Shown one piece after another: positions 37,733 to 48,388 of a stretch of DNA of 64,000 nt. How positions within the stretch are numbered: position 1 is the stretch's first letter; the number at the start of each line of letters is the position of its first letter. The notes beneath the pieces are model-generated. The model was not told the origin of the DNA, did not search any database, and saw only the letters and a program-made list of their open reading frames with translations. The position numbers and the translations under genes are program-made. This DNA is from an uncultured delta proteobacterium (GTDB taxonomy: Bacteria; Desulfobacterota; Binatia; Binatales; Binataceae). Location of the stretch: assembly GCA_963711565.1 (NCBI GenBank), contig CAVQEQ010000001.1:576001-640000 (forward strand). The letters run 5' to 3'.

Positions 37733-40054
37733 ATGAAGCCGGAAGAAACTCTCGACGCTGCGACCGCGCTGAACCATTCGCATTGGGGCGCGTTCGAGCC
37801 GGTCGTCGTCGATGGACGGGTGACGGAGGCACGCCCCTTCTCCAAGGATCCTGACCCTTCGCCGCTACTGCAATCGATTCCCGATGCGCTGCATCACGCG
37901 AGCCGTATCGCGCAACCGGCGGTGCGAACAGGATGGCTCGAGAACGGGCCGGGTGGTGCACGCGATCGCCGCGGCGCCGATCGCTTCGTGCCCGTGACGT
38001 GGGAGCGCGCACTCGATTTAGTCGCCGATGAAATCAGGCGGGTGATTCGCGAGCGCGGCAACCAGGCCATTTACGCCGGTTCATACGGATGGGGCAGCGC
38101 TGGCCGCTTTCACCATGCGCGGACGCAGCTACAACGCTTCCTCGGCGGGATCGGCGGATACACCGAAGCGCGCGACACTTACAGCAACGCCGCGGGCGCG
38201 GTGCTCGTCAAGAACGTGCTAGGCAGCCTGCACGCGATGAACGGTCCCGGCACCAGTTGGAAGAACATCGCCGATCATGCGGACCTGGTCGTGATGTTCG
38301 GCGGAATGCCGACGCGCAACACTCAAGTCACGCCCGGCGGGATGGGCGAGCATACGACGCGCGGCTGGCTGGAGAAGGCCAAGGCCGCGGGCGTCGAGTT
38401 CTGCAACATCAGTCCGATGCGCGACGATGCGGCCGACTTCCTCGAGGCGGAATGGATCGCGCCGCGCCCGCATAGCGACACTGCGCTGATGCTCGCGCTC
38501 GCGCACACCCTGATCGTCGAGGGCCTGCACGATGCGGACTTCCTCGCGCGCTACTGCGCCGGCTTCAATCGCTTCCGCGACTACTTGCTCGGGGCCGACG
38601 ACGGCGTCGCGAAGTCTGCCGACTGGGCGTCGAGCTTGAGCGAAATATCAGCCGACAGGATTCGTGAGTTAGCGCGCAGGATGGCGGCGTCGCGAACCTT
38701 CATCAACGTCAACTGGTCTCTGCAGCGCGGCGACCACGGCGAGCAGCCGATATGGGCGGCGATTGCGCTCGCGGCCGTGCTCGGCCAGGTCGGTCTGCCG
38801 GGCGGAGGTTTCGGCTTCGGCTACGGCAGCATGGAGGGTCTCGCGAGCCTGTTGCCGGATATGCCGATTCCCACTCTGTCACTCGGCCGCAACCCCGCTC
38901 GCAGCTTCATCCCGGTGGCGCGAATCGCGGACTTGCTGCTCAACCCTGGGCAGCCGTTCCAGTACAACGGGCAGGATCTCGTCTACCCTGATATCGATCT
39001 CGTCTACTGGTGCGGCGGCAATCCGTTTCACCATCATCAGGACATCAACCGCCTGATTCGAGCATGGCGGCGGCCTGCGACGATCGTCGTCCACGATCCG
39101 TGGTGGACCGCGACGGCGCGCCACGCCGACGTCGTGCTGCCAACGACGACGACACTCGAGCGCGACGACATCGGCGCCAGTGCGCGCGACAGATTCATCA
39201 TCGCGATGAAGCAGGCGATCGAGCCGGTCGGCGAAGCGCGCGACGACTTTGCAATCTTCGGCGATCTCGCGGAGCGGTTCGGGACTCGCGAATCGTTCGC
39301 CGAGGGCCGCAACACCATTCAATGGCTCCGTCATATCTACGAGGCGGCGCGCAAGCGCACGAATCCTCGCGTCGCCGAATGGCCGGACTTCGACGAGTTC
39401 TGGCGGCGCGGCTATCTCGAGATTCCCGAAGCCTCGACGCCGCATGTGCTGTTCGAAGAATTCAGGATGAATCCCGACGACAATCCGCTGCCGACTCCGT
39501 CAGGACGAATCGAAATCTTTTCGGAGAAGATCGCGAGCTATAACTACGCCGACTGTCCCGGACATCCGACCTGGCTCGAACCCGCCGAATGGCTGGGCAG
39601 CCCGGCCGCGCGCGAATATCCGCTGCATCTCCTGACCACGCAGCCGCGCACGCGATTGCACGGCCAGATGGACATGGCGCGCGTCAGCCAGGAGAGCAAA
39701 GTCGCGGGGCGCGAGCCGATGCGGATCAATCGCGATGACGCCGGCGCGCGCGGGATTCGCGACGGCGACGTCGTGCGGGTTTTCAACGATCGCGGAGCGA
39801 TTCTCGCCGGGGCGGTTCTGACCGACGACATTCGCCCCGGCGTGATTCAGATCTCGACCGGCGCGTGGTACGACCCGGCCGAGCCGGGCACGATCGGCAG
39901 CCTCGACAAGCACGGCAACCCGAACGTGCTCACGCTCGACAAGGGAACGTCGAGTCTGGCGCAAGGTCCGAGCGCTCAGACCACGCTGGTGCAGGTCGAG
40001 AAATACGCGGGCGAGCCGCCGGCGGTCAGCGCCTTCACACCGCCGCTCGCCTGA
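37733..40054 (+). CDS. Bis-MGD molybdoenzyme, BisC/TorZ/DMSO reductase family, cytoplasmic
   Basis: SHWG, SYGWGSAGRFH, YSNAA (Ser ligand), TPSGRIEIFS, RLHGQ, GAWYDP; no Tat motif. Confidence 0.9.
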   Translation: MKPEETLDAATALNHSHWGAFEPVVVDGRVTEARPFSKDPDPSPLLQSIPDALHHASRIAQPAVRTGWLENGPGGARDRRGADRFVPVTWERALDLVADEIRRVIRERGNQAIYAGSYGWGSAGRFHHARTQLQRFLGGIGGYTEARDTYSNAAGAVLVKNVLGSLHAMNGPGTSWKNIADHADLVVMFGGMPTRNTQVTPGGMGEHTTRGWLEKAKAAGVEFCNISPMRDDAADFLEAEWIAPRPHSDTALMLALAHTLIVEGLHDADFLARYCAGFNRFRDYLLGADDGVAKSADWASSLSEISADRIRELARRMAASRTFINVNWSLQRGDHGEQPIWAAIALAAVLGQVGLPGGGFGFGYGSMEGLASLLPDMPIPTLSLGRNPARSFIPVARIADLLLNPGQPFQYNGQDLVYPDIDLVYWCGGNPFHHHQDINRLIRAWRRPATIVVHDPWWTATARHADVVLPTTTTLERDDIGASARDRFIIAMKQAIEPVGEARDDFAIFGDLAERFGTRESFAEGRNTIQWLRHIYEAARKRTNPRVAEWPDFDEFWRRGYLEIPEASTPHVLFEEFRMNPDDNPLPTPSGRIEIFSEKIASYNYADCPGHPTWLEPAEWLGSPAAREYPLHLLTTQPRTRLHGQMDMARVSQESKVAGREPMRINRDDAGARGIRDGDVVRVFNDRGAILAGAVLTDDIRPGVIQISTGAWYDPAEPGTIGSLDKHGNPNVLTLDKGTSSLAQGPSAQTTLVQVEKYAGEPPAVSAFTPPLA

Positions 40055-40124
40055 TCCCGCAATGCGCGCAAGATGGTTTTGTATTCGTCTGCCATCGGTA
40101 CAAACGTGACGCAGGCCACTCCAA

Positions 40125-40580
40125 ATGAAAATCCGGGATGATTCAGAGCAAGGACCGCCGCAGCGGAAGTTTGGCGGACGCAACCGGGTTTGGGCGCTCG
40201 CTATTTTGGCCGTCTTGATGCTCTCGAATCGGACCGAAGCGCAATCGGCGGCCCGCGACGGCTGGGTCGAGGAGCCGGCGACCAAGTCGCTCAACGTTGA
40301 AGGAGATCCTGGTCGTGCCTACCTCGATCCCGCATCCGTCCACCGCGGCGATGACGGCCTGATCTATTTCAACGAAAGCTCCAACGTGTCGCGACCGGAG
40401 GAAATCGGCAAGGTCGGCCTCATGAACGATGCGTACGATTGTGCGAAGAACATCAAGTACATGTGCGTGGAGGCCGGAGATTGGCGTAACGATCCGAAAA
40501 GCACGATCAATGCCGCCAATGATCCGGCGCTGCCGGTTTACCGCAAATTCCTCTGCGGTGACGCTGGTCCCGCCAAATGA
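40125..40580 (+). CDS. Hypothetical secreted protein
   Basis: Hydrophobic signal segment; YDC and C-terminal LC pattern. Confidence 0.55.
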   Translation: MKIRDDSEQGPPQRKFGGRNRVWALAILAVLMLSNRTEAQSAARDGWVEEPATKSLNVEGDPGRAYLDPASVHRGDDGLIYFNESSNVSRPEEIGKVGLMNDAYDCAKNIKYMCVEAGDWRNDPKSTINAANDPALPVYRKFLCGDAGPAK

Positions 40581-40615
40581 CAACGGCGCATGAACTTCGC
40601 TCGTCTTCGATTTGA

Positions 40616-41494
40616 TCAGCTCGCGCTCTGATACTTCGGCGACGACGCCTTCATGAAGCGCAGCAGCATTCTCATTTCGGCGACTCGCTTGCCGTCCGCT
40701 TCGTTCAGCGCGGTTTCGAACCACATGTATTCAGTCTTGGGACTCTGGCCCAACGCGACGATACTCCCGCCGACGCGATACGGATGCTCGACCATCACGG
40801 GACCGTTGATGTTGCGGAGCTCGATCGCGCCGAACAGTCCTATCGCCTGACCAAGCTTGCCGCGCAGAGTCGCGATCGACTGAGAGTAGAGCAGCTGCAC
40901 CATCGTCGCCGGCGTGGCGATCGCGCCGCCCCACGGCGAGGGCTTGATGTACCAGTCCAGCGGTTCGGTGATGACCTTCATCCGTTCGGTCATCGTATCC
41001 TTCGTCAGAAACGCGTCGCACTCCTCAAACTTGTCGCCGACTTTCAGCCCGCTAAGAATCCGTAACTGACCAGCGTCGAATCGATAGAGCGGGCGCCTTA
41101 GCAACGCGCTCGGCTCCTCGGGGTTTCCGATCGACGCGGTGCCTTCCGCGACGCGCATTCCATCGTCGCGCTCGATCCAGATATCGACCTGCGCATCGGC
41201 TGCATCGTGCGGAGGCTCTTTGACGAATGCGCGGACCGGTTCACTGTCAGTCGTCGCATTGAGGAAGTACATCGAGATCGTTCCGCGCTCGAACCATCGC
41301 TTGCCGAACGCTTTCAGCAAGAGCGGCGGAAACAATTCCAGATGGATCGATCCAGCGACGGTGCCGCCGCGAAAACCCAGCTTGGTCGCCGTCGCATCAT
41401 CGTGGATGCTGCCCTTCACGTTGCGAGCGTTGTTCCGAGATCGTCGCAAGGGGCCGACGAACACGTGATCGCGCGATTCGATTTCCGAGTTCAT
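40616..41494 (-). CDS. Hypothetical double hot-dog-fold (MaoC-like) protein
   Basis: SIHDD..A..LGFRGGTVAG; second half SPWGGAIA.P. Confidence 0.7.
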   Translation of the reverse strand: MNSEIESRDHVFVGPLRRSRNNARNVKGSIHDDATATKLGFRGGTVAGSIHLELFPPLLLKAFGKRWFERGTISMYFLNATTDSEPVRAFVKEPPHDAADAQVDIWIERDDGMRVAEGTASIGNPEEPSALLRRPLYRFDAGQLRILSGLKVGDKFEECDAFLTKDTMTERMKVITEPLDWYIKPSPWGGAIATPATMVQLLYSQSIATLRGKLGQAIGLFGAIELRNINGPVMVEHPYRVGGSIVALGQSPKTEYMWFETALNEADGKRVAEMRMLLRFMKASSPKYQSAS

Positions 41495-41591
41495 GATGTC
41501 GTCCTCAAGGCGGATTGAATCACGGTCTTACCGCGCTCGGCAAACATCCAGTCGTTTCCCGATTCATTCGTGCGGATGCTAATTTCCTCGC

Positions 41592-43004
41592 GTGGCCACC
41601 CCTTCAGCGATAGAACCATCCGCATGGACGGGTGATCTGCTCGCGTCCCTCGGACGCGCAGACTCCTCAATTCAGCACACGCTATCCATCACCGGACACG
41701 ATCCGGTAATCGCCACCAGGTTTCGCGCGGGCGAAGCTGCCGCGGCCGTGCTCGCCGCGAATGCGACCGCGGCCGCCGACCTGTGGTGCGCGCGCGGTGG
41801 ACGTCCGCAGCGGATCGAGGTTGACGTGCGCGCGGCGGCGGCGTCGCTCGTGTCGTTCGCATACTTGCGATATCAAAATGCGTCGTTCGAGCGGCGCGGG
41901 CTGGCGACCACCGCGCTCTATCGGGCGCGCGACGGGCGATGGGTTCATCTGCACGGCGGATTCAGTTCACGCGAAGGCACCCTCGCTCTTTTGAATTGCG
42001 ATGATGACGCAGGCGCGATCGCGAAGGCCGTCGCGTCGTGGGATGCGCAGGCGCTCGAGGATGCGCTCGCTGAGCGAGGCGTGTGCGGTGCGAAGCTTCG
42101 CAGCGCCGACGAGTGGCGCGTTCACCCGCAGGGGATGGCGCTCGCACAAGTGCCAGTGGTCGAAATACTTCGCCTCGGCGACGCCAGTCCCGAGCCGATT
42201 CCGGGACCTCGCGCCGAAGAGCGTGGCGCGCGTCCGCTTTCTGGAGTGCGCGTTCTCGATCTGACTCGGGTGCTGGCGGGACCGACCTGCGCGCGGACGC
42301 TGGCCGAGCATGGCGCCGAGGTGCTACACGTCCGCAGTCCCAAGCTGCCGTCAATCGAGGGTTTCGTCATCGATACCAATCCGGGCAAGCGTTCGTGCTT
42401 TCTCGATCTCGATCGCAAGCAGGACGTCGAGCAATTGCGCGCACTAGCTCGCGATGCTCACGTGTTCTCGCAAGGCTATCGTCCCGGCGCGCTCGCGCGG
42501 CGGGGTTTCGCGCCCGAAGAATTGGCAGAGATGCGGCCCGGAATCATCGTGGTTTCGATCGACTGCTACGGACATGAGGGTCCGTTCGCCGGCCGGCCGG
42601 GATGGGAGCAACTCGCACAGACGGTTAGCGGCATGGCGCTCGAGCACGCCGGCGACGAGCATCCCGCGCTCGTGCCAGCCGCGATCAACGACTACACGAC
42701 CGGCTATCTCGGTGCGCTGGGCGTGATGCGTGCGCTCGCGCGACGCGCGACCGAAGGCGGCAGTTGGCATGTACGCGTGTCGCTCGCGCGAACCGCAATG
42801 TGGATCATGTCGATTCCGCGAACCGACCCCGATGCCAAACCCGGTGGATTCGACGCGGCGTCGATCGCTCCGTGGATCATCGAGATGAATACGGCCTGGG
42901 GGCCACTGACTCGTCTCGGGCCGATCGCGCGCATGTCGGAAACCCCGCCACGATGGGATCTTCCGCCCGCGCGGCTCGGCAGCGATCCGCCGTCGTGGCG
43001 CTAG
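41592..43004 (+). CDS. CoA-transferase family III (CaiB/BaiF), two-domain form
   Basis: LSGVRVLDLTRVLAGP, GKRS..LDL, QGYRPGAL, DYTTG. Confidence 0.9.
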   Translation: MATPSAIEPSAWTGDLLASLGRADSSIQHTLSITGHDPVIATRFRAGEAAAAVLAANATAAADLWCARGGRPQRIEVDVRAAAASLVSFAYLRYQNASFERRGLATTALYRARDGRWVHLHGGFSSREGTLALLNCDDDAGAIAKAVASWDAQALEDALAERGVCGAKLRSADEWRVHPQGMALAQVPVVEILRLGDASPEPIPGPRAEERGARPLSGVRVLDLTRVLAGPTCARTLAEHGAEVLHVRSPKLPSIEGFVIDTNPGKRSCFLDLDRKQDVEQLRALARDAHVFSQGYRPGALARRGFAPEELAEMRPGIIVVSIDCYGHEGPFAGRPGWEQLAQTVSGMALEHAGDEHPALVPAAINDYTTGYLGALGVMRALARRATEGGSWHVRVSLARTAMWIMSIPRTDPDAKPGGFDAASIAPWIIEMNTAWGPLTRLGPIARMSETPPRWDLPPARLGSDPPSWR

Positions 43005-43026
43005 CGGGTTTTGGAGCAGCGACCGG

Positions 43027-44256
43027 ATGAAGCTGGAACAGATAGACCTCACCGACCTGGATTTTTTCCAGAGCGGCGATCGCTTCGAGGCCTGGCGGAT
43101 CATGCGCGCCGAGGCTCCCGTCTATTGGCACCACAAAAACTCCGGCGAGGGATTCTGGTCACTCACCACGATGCACGAGTGTCTCGCGGTGCTTGCCGAC
43201 GCGCAGCTGTTCAGCTCGGCCTTAAGGGGCAACGTGCTGAACTTCGTGCTGAATCGCGATCGCGCGGGTGCCGACACCGGCGTCGGCAAGATGCTCAACT
43301 GGACCGATCCGCCACGGCACGAGAAAATCCGCGCACTCGTGAATCGCCATTTCGGCCATCCCGAAGTCTCCGCGCGCGAACCGCACATCCGCCGGATCGT
43401 CAATTCGATTATCGACACCGTCGTGGTGCGCGATGAATGCGATTTTTCGGTTGAGGTCGCCGGACAACTTCCGACCGCGGTAATCTGCGAGATGATGGGG
43501 ATTCCGCGCGCGGATTGGAACCCGCTGTTCGAGCTCGGCAAGACCATGCTCGGCGCCGACGATCTGGAATATCGCAAAGGCCGCTCGTCGGCGGAGACCG
43601 AGGCGGGGGCGCGCTCCAGGATGTTCGACTACCTTCGCCGCCTGATCGCGGAGCGCCGGAAAAACCCCGGCGACGATTTGGTAAGCGCCCTCGTTACAGG
43701 AACCATCGCGGGCGCCGGACTCTCGCAATCCGAGTTGCTGTGGAACGCGCTTCTGCTGATTCTCGGCGGACTGGAAAGCCTGCGCATCGCTATCACCGGC
43801 GGCCTTCACGCACTGCTCGAAAATCCCGCCGAGTTCGCCAGGTTGCGCGCCAATCCCGCGCTGATAGAGACCGCGGTCGAGGAGATGCTGCGCTGGACGT
43901 TGCCCGCCACTCATGCGATGCGCAGCGCGGTGCGGGACACCGAAATCAACGGCCATCCGGTGCTCGCCAATCAGCGCGTCGTGATGTGGTTCGCGTCGGC
44001 CAACCGCGACGAGCAGGTCTTCCCTGAGTCCGAGCGCTTCCTCGTCGGCCGCTCGCCCAACAATCATCTGACTTTCAGCCACGGCAACCACTTTTGTATC
44101 GGCTCCGGCGTCGCGCGCCTCGAGATGCGCGTGATGTTCGAAGAGGTTCTCCGTCGCATGAGCGACATCGAACTCGCGGGACCCGTCGAATGGCTGCGGA
44201 CCAACTTCAATTGCGGCATCAAGCACATGCCGATCAAATTCAAACCTCGCGCATGA
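43027..44256 (+). CDS. Cytochrome P450
   Basis: DPPRH, EEMLR (ExxR), SANRDE, FSHGNHFCIG heme motif. Confidence 0.95.
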   Translation: MKLEQIDLTDLDFFQSGDRFEAWRIMRAEAPVYWHHKNSGEGFWSLTTMHECLAVLADAQLFSSALRGNVLNFVLNRDRAGADTGVGKMLNWTDPPRHEKIRALVNRHFGHPEVSAREPHIRRIVNSIIDTVVVRDECDFSVEVAGQLPTAVICEMMGIPRADWNPLFELGKTMLGADDLEYRKGRSSAETEAGARSRMFDYLRRLIAERRKNPGDDLVSALVTGTIAGAGLSQSELLWNALLLILGGLESLRIAITGGLHALLENPAEFARLRANPALIETAVEEMLRWTLPATHAMRSAVRDTEINGHPVLANQRVVMWFASANRDEQVFPESERFLVGRSPNNHLTFSHGNHFCIGSGVARLEMRVMFEEVLRRMSDIELAGPVEWLRTNFNCGIKHMPIKFKPRA

Positions 44257-44275
44257 ACCGCGCGGAGGAACGCCG

Positions 44276-44854
44276 ATGCTCACGCTCTATTTCTCGCCCG
44301 GATCGAGTTCGATGGCGCCGCATATTGCGCTGCACGAAGTCGGCGCACCGTTCGAAAGCCGGCCGATCTCGCTTGCGGAGAAAGAGAACCGCACGCCCGC
44401 CTATCTCGCGATCAATCTTGAAGGCCACGTGCCGACCATGCTGATCGACGGACGCGCGCTGACCGAGGTCGCCGGGATTCTGTACTACCTTGCCAGGCGC
44501 TTCCCGGAGGCGAGCCTGCTGCCCGACGACATCGAAGCGCAAGCGCAGGTCGTCTCGTGGATGTCGTTCATCGCATCGACGGTGCATCCTGTGCGACGGC
44601 AGGGGCTCGAACATGCGCGCGCCGTTTACGCGATCGCCGATAAGCGATTGGGGAATCGCGAGTGGGCGGTGGGAAGCTACTCGATCGCTGACATCCACCT
44701 GTTCCGGCTGTTCTGGCGCTTCAGCAATTCGCTCAAGCTTTCGCGCATAGAGTTCCCCAGTCTCTTCGCGCATTACGACCGCATGATGGCACGCCCGGCG
44801 GTGCAACGAACGCTGGCGATCGAATCATCGATCGGTTACGAACTGCCGGCATGA
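44276..44854 (+). CDS. Glutathione S-transferase family protein
   Basis: YFSPGSSSMAPHIAL, N..G.VP, SIADI. Confidence 0.9.
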   Translation: MLTLYFSPGSSSMAPHIALHEVGAPFESRPISLAEKENRTPAYLAINLEGHVPTMLIDGRALTEVAGILYYLARRFPEASLLPDDIEAQAQVVSWMSFIASTVHPVRRQGLEHARAVYAIADKRLGNREWAVGSYSIADIHLFRLFWRFSNSLKLSRIEFPSLFAHYDRMMARPAVQRTLAIESSIGYELPA

Positions 44855-46236
44855 CTCGGCGGAAGAAGATTCCGCCACCTGACTCGAGTCGCCTTCAACT
44901 TTTCGACGAGACCGGTCGCACAAGGATCGAGCCTTGCGGGTTCCGGATTTTTTCCGCGCGCTAGTAACGACAACGCAACCGCGCCGCGAAGCGTTCCGGT
45001 CTCATCCGGCGAACGAAACACCGGCTGAGGTTCGCGCAGCGCCGCGAGTGCCGACGCGAATGCCTCGTTGGACGCAAGCCGCCCTTCGAGGATGATGTCG
45101 CCGCGCGCCTCGAGCATCGTCAGGCAGTAGTCCGTCATCAGTGCGCAGTACAGCGCCGCGAGCGCGGCTCGAGGGCTCGGAGCTCCGGGAGCGTTGCCCA
45201 CGATTCGTCCGATTTGAGCGCGCAGGGGACCGCCTTGATCGGCGAACGAAGGAATCGCCAATGCTCCTGATTCAAGAACAGTTTCGAGGTCGCCAGCGGA
45301 AGGCTGCGCCAGGACGCCATCGGCGCCGCAGATCGCGGCGTACTCGCGCCCGCCCATGAAGCGCGCCGTCGGAACAGGGTTGCCGAACGCATCGACGTTC
45401 GCGAGCATGTCCAAGTCCTCGCGCAGCACGTCGAGCGGACTGCCATGCGCCATCGCGACGATCCAGGTCCCCGTTGACACGACGCAGAAGGGCTGTGCGC
45501 GAGTCGCGCGATGGGCGAGATACGACGCGTTGCTGTCGTGGATACCCGCGAGAATTTTGCATTCATTGGAAAGACCGGTGGCGACGACCTCCGGCAGTGG
45601 AAGACCGAGAGGGGTCCATGCGCTGACACGATGGCCGAATCGCGAGTCCCATTTCATCTTCTTTGCGAAGGTCGAGAAATCTCCGCACCCTGGTTCCCAC
45701 AGATCGGTGTGGCAGCCCAGCAACGTCGGCTCCCATGCGCGGACGCCGCACAGCCGCGCGGCCCAGTATTGCGGGTATGGGAGAATCGTCGCGCGGCTGA
45801 ATTCCCGCGGAAATCGTCGCTGTTGCCAGAAAAGCTGCCGGCCAAGGTTGAGACCGGCCGGAAGTTTGGGTGACGCGGTCCGCGCAAAGTCACGCGCGAT
45901 CGCATCGTAGTCGGAATCGATTTCGCTTACGCCGCGAAATTCGTAATCCATGGTCGGCAGCACGAGTCCATCGTCATCGACCAGCGCCGCGCACGCGCCG
46001 TGAGTGACCGGCACGACGGAATGAATCGCGAAGTCGCGCGCGAGCGTCGCGAGTCCGTCGATCAGCCATGCATACAGCTCGTCGGCCTCGAAATGCGGAT
46101 ACGGCGGCGAACTATCGACACCGTTCTGACGTTCGAGAGCAGCTAACGCGACGCCGGAATCGTTGACTGCGGTGAGTCGTACGTTGCTTTTGCCGACGTC
46201 GAAGACGGCGACCGCTTGGGGACGCGCTTTGCTCAC
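44836..46236 (-). CDS. FGGY-family carbohydrate kinase (RhaK-type rhamnulokinase)
   Basis: FDVGKSN, THGA, LGCHTDLW, GIHDSNAS, STGTW, RFMGGREY; GTG start at 46236 inferred. Confidence 0.88.
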   Translation of the reverse strand: MSKARPQAVAVFDVGKSNVRLTAVNDSGVALAALERQNGVDSSPPYPHFEADELYAWLIDGLATLARDFAIHSVVPVTHGACAALVDDDGLVLPTMDYEFRGVSEIDSDYDAIARDFARTASPKLPAGLNLGRQLFWQQRRFPREFSRATILPYPQYWAARLCGVRAWEPTLLGCHTDLWEPGCGDFSTFAKKMKWDSRFGHRVSAWTPLGLPLPEVVATGLSNECKILAGIHDSNASYLAHRATRAQPFCVVSTGTWIVAMAHGSPLDVLREDLDMLANVDAFGNPVPTARFMGGREYAAICGADGVLAQPSAGDLETVLESGALAIPSFADQGGPLRAQIGRIVGNAPGAPSPRAALAALYCALMTDYCLTMLEARGDIILEGRLASNEAFASALAALREPQPVFRSPDETGTLRGAVALSLLARGKNPEPARLDPCATGLVEKLKATRVRWRNLLPPSHAGSS

Positions 46237-46306
46237 CTCGGAACCATTACTCAATCGGCCGCCTTCGCTCAATTGAATTAGCACGCCACCGTGTTACGAT
46301 CCGCGC

Positions 46307-48370
46307 GTGACAATCGACCGATGGAACGACGCCGACGCGAAGGCGCTGTCAGAGCCCGAGCTGCTTTTGTACCGCTCGCACCTGTTGGGCGCCGATCTTG
46401 GCGTGACAAATTTCGGCGGCGGCAACACCTCGGCGAAAATCGCCGCGGAGGATCCGCTGAGCGGCGCGAGGGTTACGGTTCTGTGGGTGAAAGGATCGGG
46501 CGACGATTTGGGCTCGATGGATCTGTCGGGCTTCGCGAAACTGTACCAGGACAAACTTCTCGCGCTGGAAAATCGTTTTCGCGGGCGCGCGCACGAAGAC
46601 GAAATCGTCCCATACTTCGACTATTGTGCGTTCGCCGGTAGCAGCCGCGCCGCCAGTATCGACACTCCGCTGCACGCACTGTTGCCATTCGCGCACGTCG
46701 ACCACGTGCATCCCGATTCCGTTATCGCGATTGCGGCGGCGCGCCATAGCGAAGCAATCACGCGCGAGGTTTTCAGCGGCGAACTCGGATGGCTGCGATG
46801 GCAGCGGCCGGGCTTCGACCTCGGACTGCACTTGCGCGACGCGGTGCGAGCAAATCCGAAAATTCGGGGAGTCGTGCTCGCGGGCCATGGGCTCATCACC
46901 TGGGGCGAGACGTTGAAGGCCTGCTACCAGAACACGATCGATACGATCCGCCGCGCGGAAGCGTGGCTGGCCGAGCGCAACGGAACGGCGCCGGCGTTCG
47001 GCGGCATGCGCGTCGCCTCGCGGCCCGAGCCGCAGCGCAGCGCAATCGCGTCGGAGTTGATGCCGATTCTTCGCGGTCACCTGTCTGGCGCGCAACATAA
47101 AGTCGGTCATTTCGCTGACAACGCGCAGGTACTTGAGTTCGTGGGGGCGCGGCAGTTCGAGGAATTGGCGCGGCTTGGAACATCGTGCCCCGATCATTTT
47201 CTTCGCACCAAGATTCGGCCGCTCGTGGTGCCGTCTGATCCGGCCGCTGCAAAAGCGGGCGCGACCGAAACGATCGCGCGCTATAGAACCGATTACCAGG
47301 CGTACTATGAGCGATGCCGCAGGCGGGATTCTCCGCCGATGCGCGACGCGAACCCGATCGTGATCCTGATGCCGTCGGTAGGGATGTTCACGTTCGCCAG
47401 AGACAAGGCGACTGCTCGCATCGCGGCTGAGTTCTACTGCAATGCGATCGGGGTCATGCGCGGAGCGTCGGGGGTCGATGAATATCTCGGATTGCCCGAG
47501 CAGGAAGCTTTCGACATCGAGTATTGGGCGCTGGAGGAGGCCAAGCTGCGCCGACAACCTGCGCCCAAGCCGTTGGCAGGTCGCGTCGCGATCGTAACCG
47601 GTGGCGCCGGCGGCATCGGGCGTGCGATCGCGGAACGGCTATTGGCCGACGATGCGTGCGTAGTGCTGTTGGACAACGACGGAGACGCGCTGGAACAGGT
47701 AGGCGCCGACTTTGCGCTGAAGTTCGGCAGGGATCGCACGCGGGTTACGCGATGCGACGTTACCGACGAAGCGAACGTGGCGCGAGCATTTGCGTTCGCG
47801 GCGCGGGAATACGGCGGCGTCGATATCGTGGTGTCGAACGCGGGAATCGCGTCGGCCGCACCCTTCGATCAAACGACGCTCGACACGTGGCGGCGGAATA
47901 TGGACGTGCTCGGGACAGGCTATTTCCTGATCGGGCGCGAAGCGGCTCGAGTGATGAAGACACAAGGCATCGGCGGATCGATCGTATTCGTCGCCAGCAA
48001 GAACGCGCTGGTAGCATCGGCGGGCGCCGCCGCATACAGCACCGCCAAGGCAGCCGAGCTTCACCTGGCGCGATCAATGGCGCTGGAACTCGCTCCTGAT
48101 GGAATCCGTGTGAACGCGGTGAATCCCGACGCCGTGTTGCAAGGCTCGCGAATCTGGTCGAGCAGTTGGCGGGCGGAACGCGCGCGCGCATACGGGATCG
48201 ACCCGTCGGAACTGGAGCAATTTTACCGGGAACGAAGCCTGCTGAAAACAAACGTCACGCCCGAGGATGTTGCCGAGGCAGTGCATTTTTTTGCGTCCGA
48301 TCGATCGGCGAAGTCCACGGGCAACATTCTCAACGTCGACGCCGGTAACGCCGCCGCTTTCACGCGGTAA
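46307..48370 (+). CDS. rhaD: Bifunctional rhamnulose-1-phosphate aldolase / short-chain dehydrogenase
   Basis: NFGGGNTSAK, SIDTPLH, HVHPD, GTSCPDHFLRTK, IEYWALEEAKL; SDR TGGAGGIG and YSTAK. Confidence 0.93.
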   Translation: MTIDRWNDADAKALSEPELLLYRSHLLGADLGVTNFGGGNTSAKIAAEDPLSGARVTVLWVKGSGDDLGSMDLSGFAKLYQDKLLALENRFRGRAHEDEIVPYFDYCAFAGSSRAASIDTPLHALLPFAHVDHVHPDSVIAIAAARHSEAITREVFSGELGWLRWQRPGFDLGLHLRDAVRANPKIRGVVLAGHGLITWGETLKACYQNTIDTIRRAEAWLAERNGTAPAFGGMRVASRPEPQRSAIASELMPILRGHLSGAQHKVGHFADNAQVLEFVGARQFEELARLGTSCPDHFLRTKIRPLVVPSDPAAAKAGATETIARYRTDYQAYYERCRRRDSPPMRDANPIVILMPSVGMFTFARDKATARIAAEFYCNAIGVMRGASGVDEYLGLPEQEAFDIEYWALEEAKLRRQPAPKPLAGRVAIVTGGAGGIGRAIAERLLADDACVVLLDNDGDALEQVGADFALKFGRDRTRVTRCDVTDEANVARAFAFAAREYGGVDIVVSNAGIASAAPFDQTTLDTWRRNMDVLGTGYFLIGREAARVMKTQGIGGSIVFVASKNALVASAGAAAYSTAKAAELHLARSMALELAPDGIRVNAVNPDAVLQGSRIWSSSWRAERARAYGIDPSELEQFYRERSLLKTNVTPEDVAEAVHFFASDRSAKSTGNILNVDAGNAAAFTR

Positions 48371-48388
48371 CACTCTCGCGAGGTTTTT

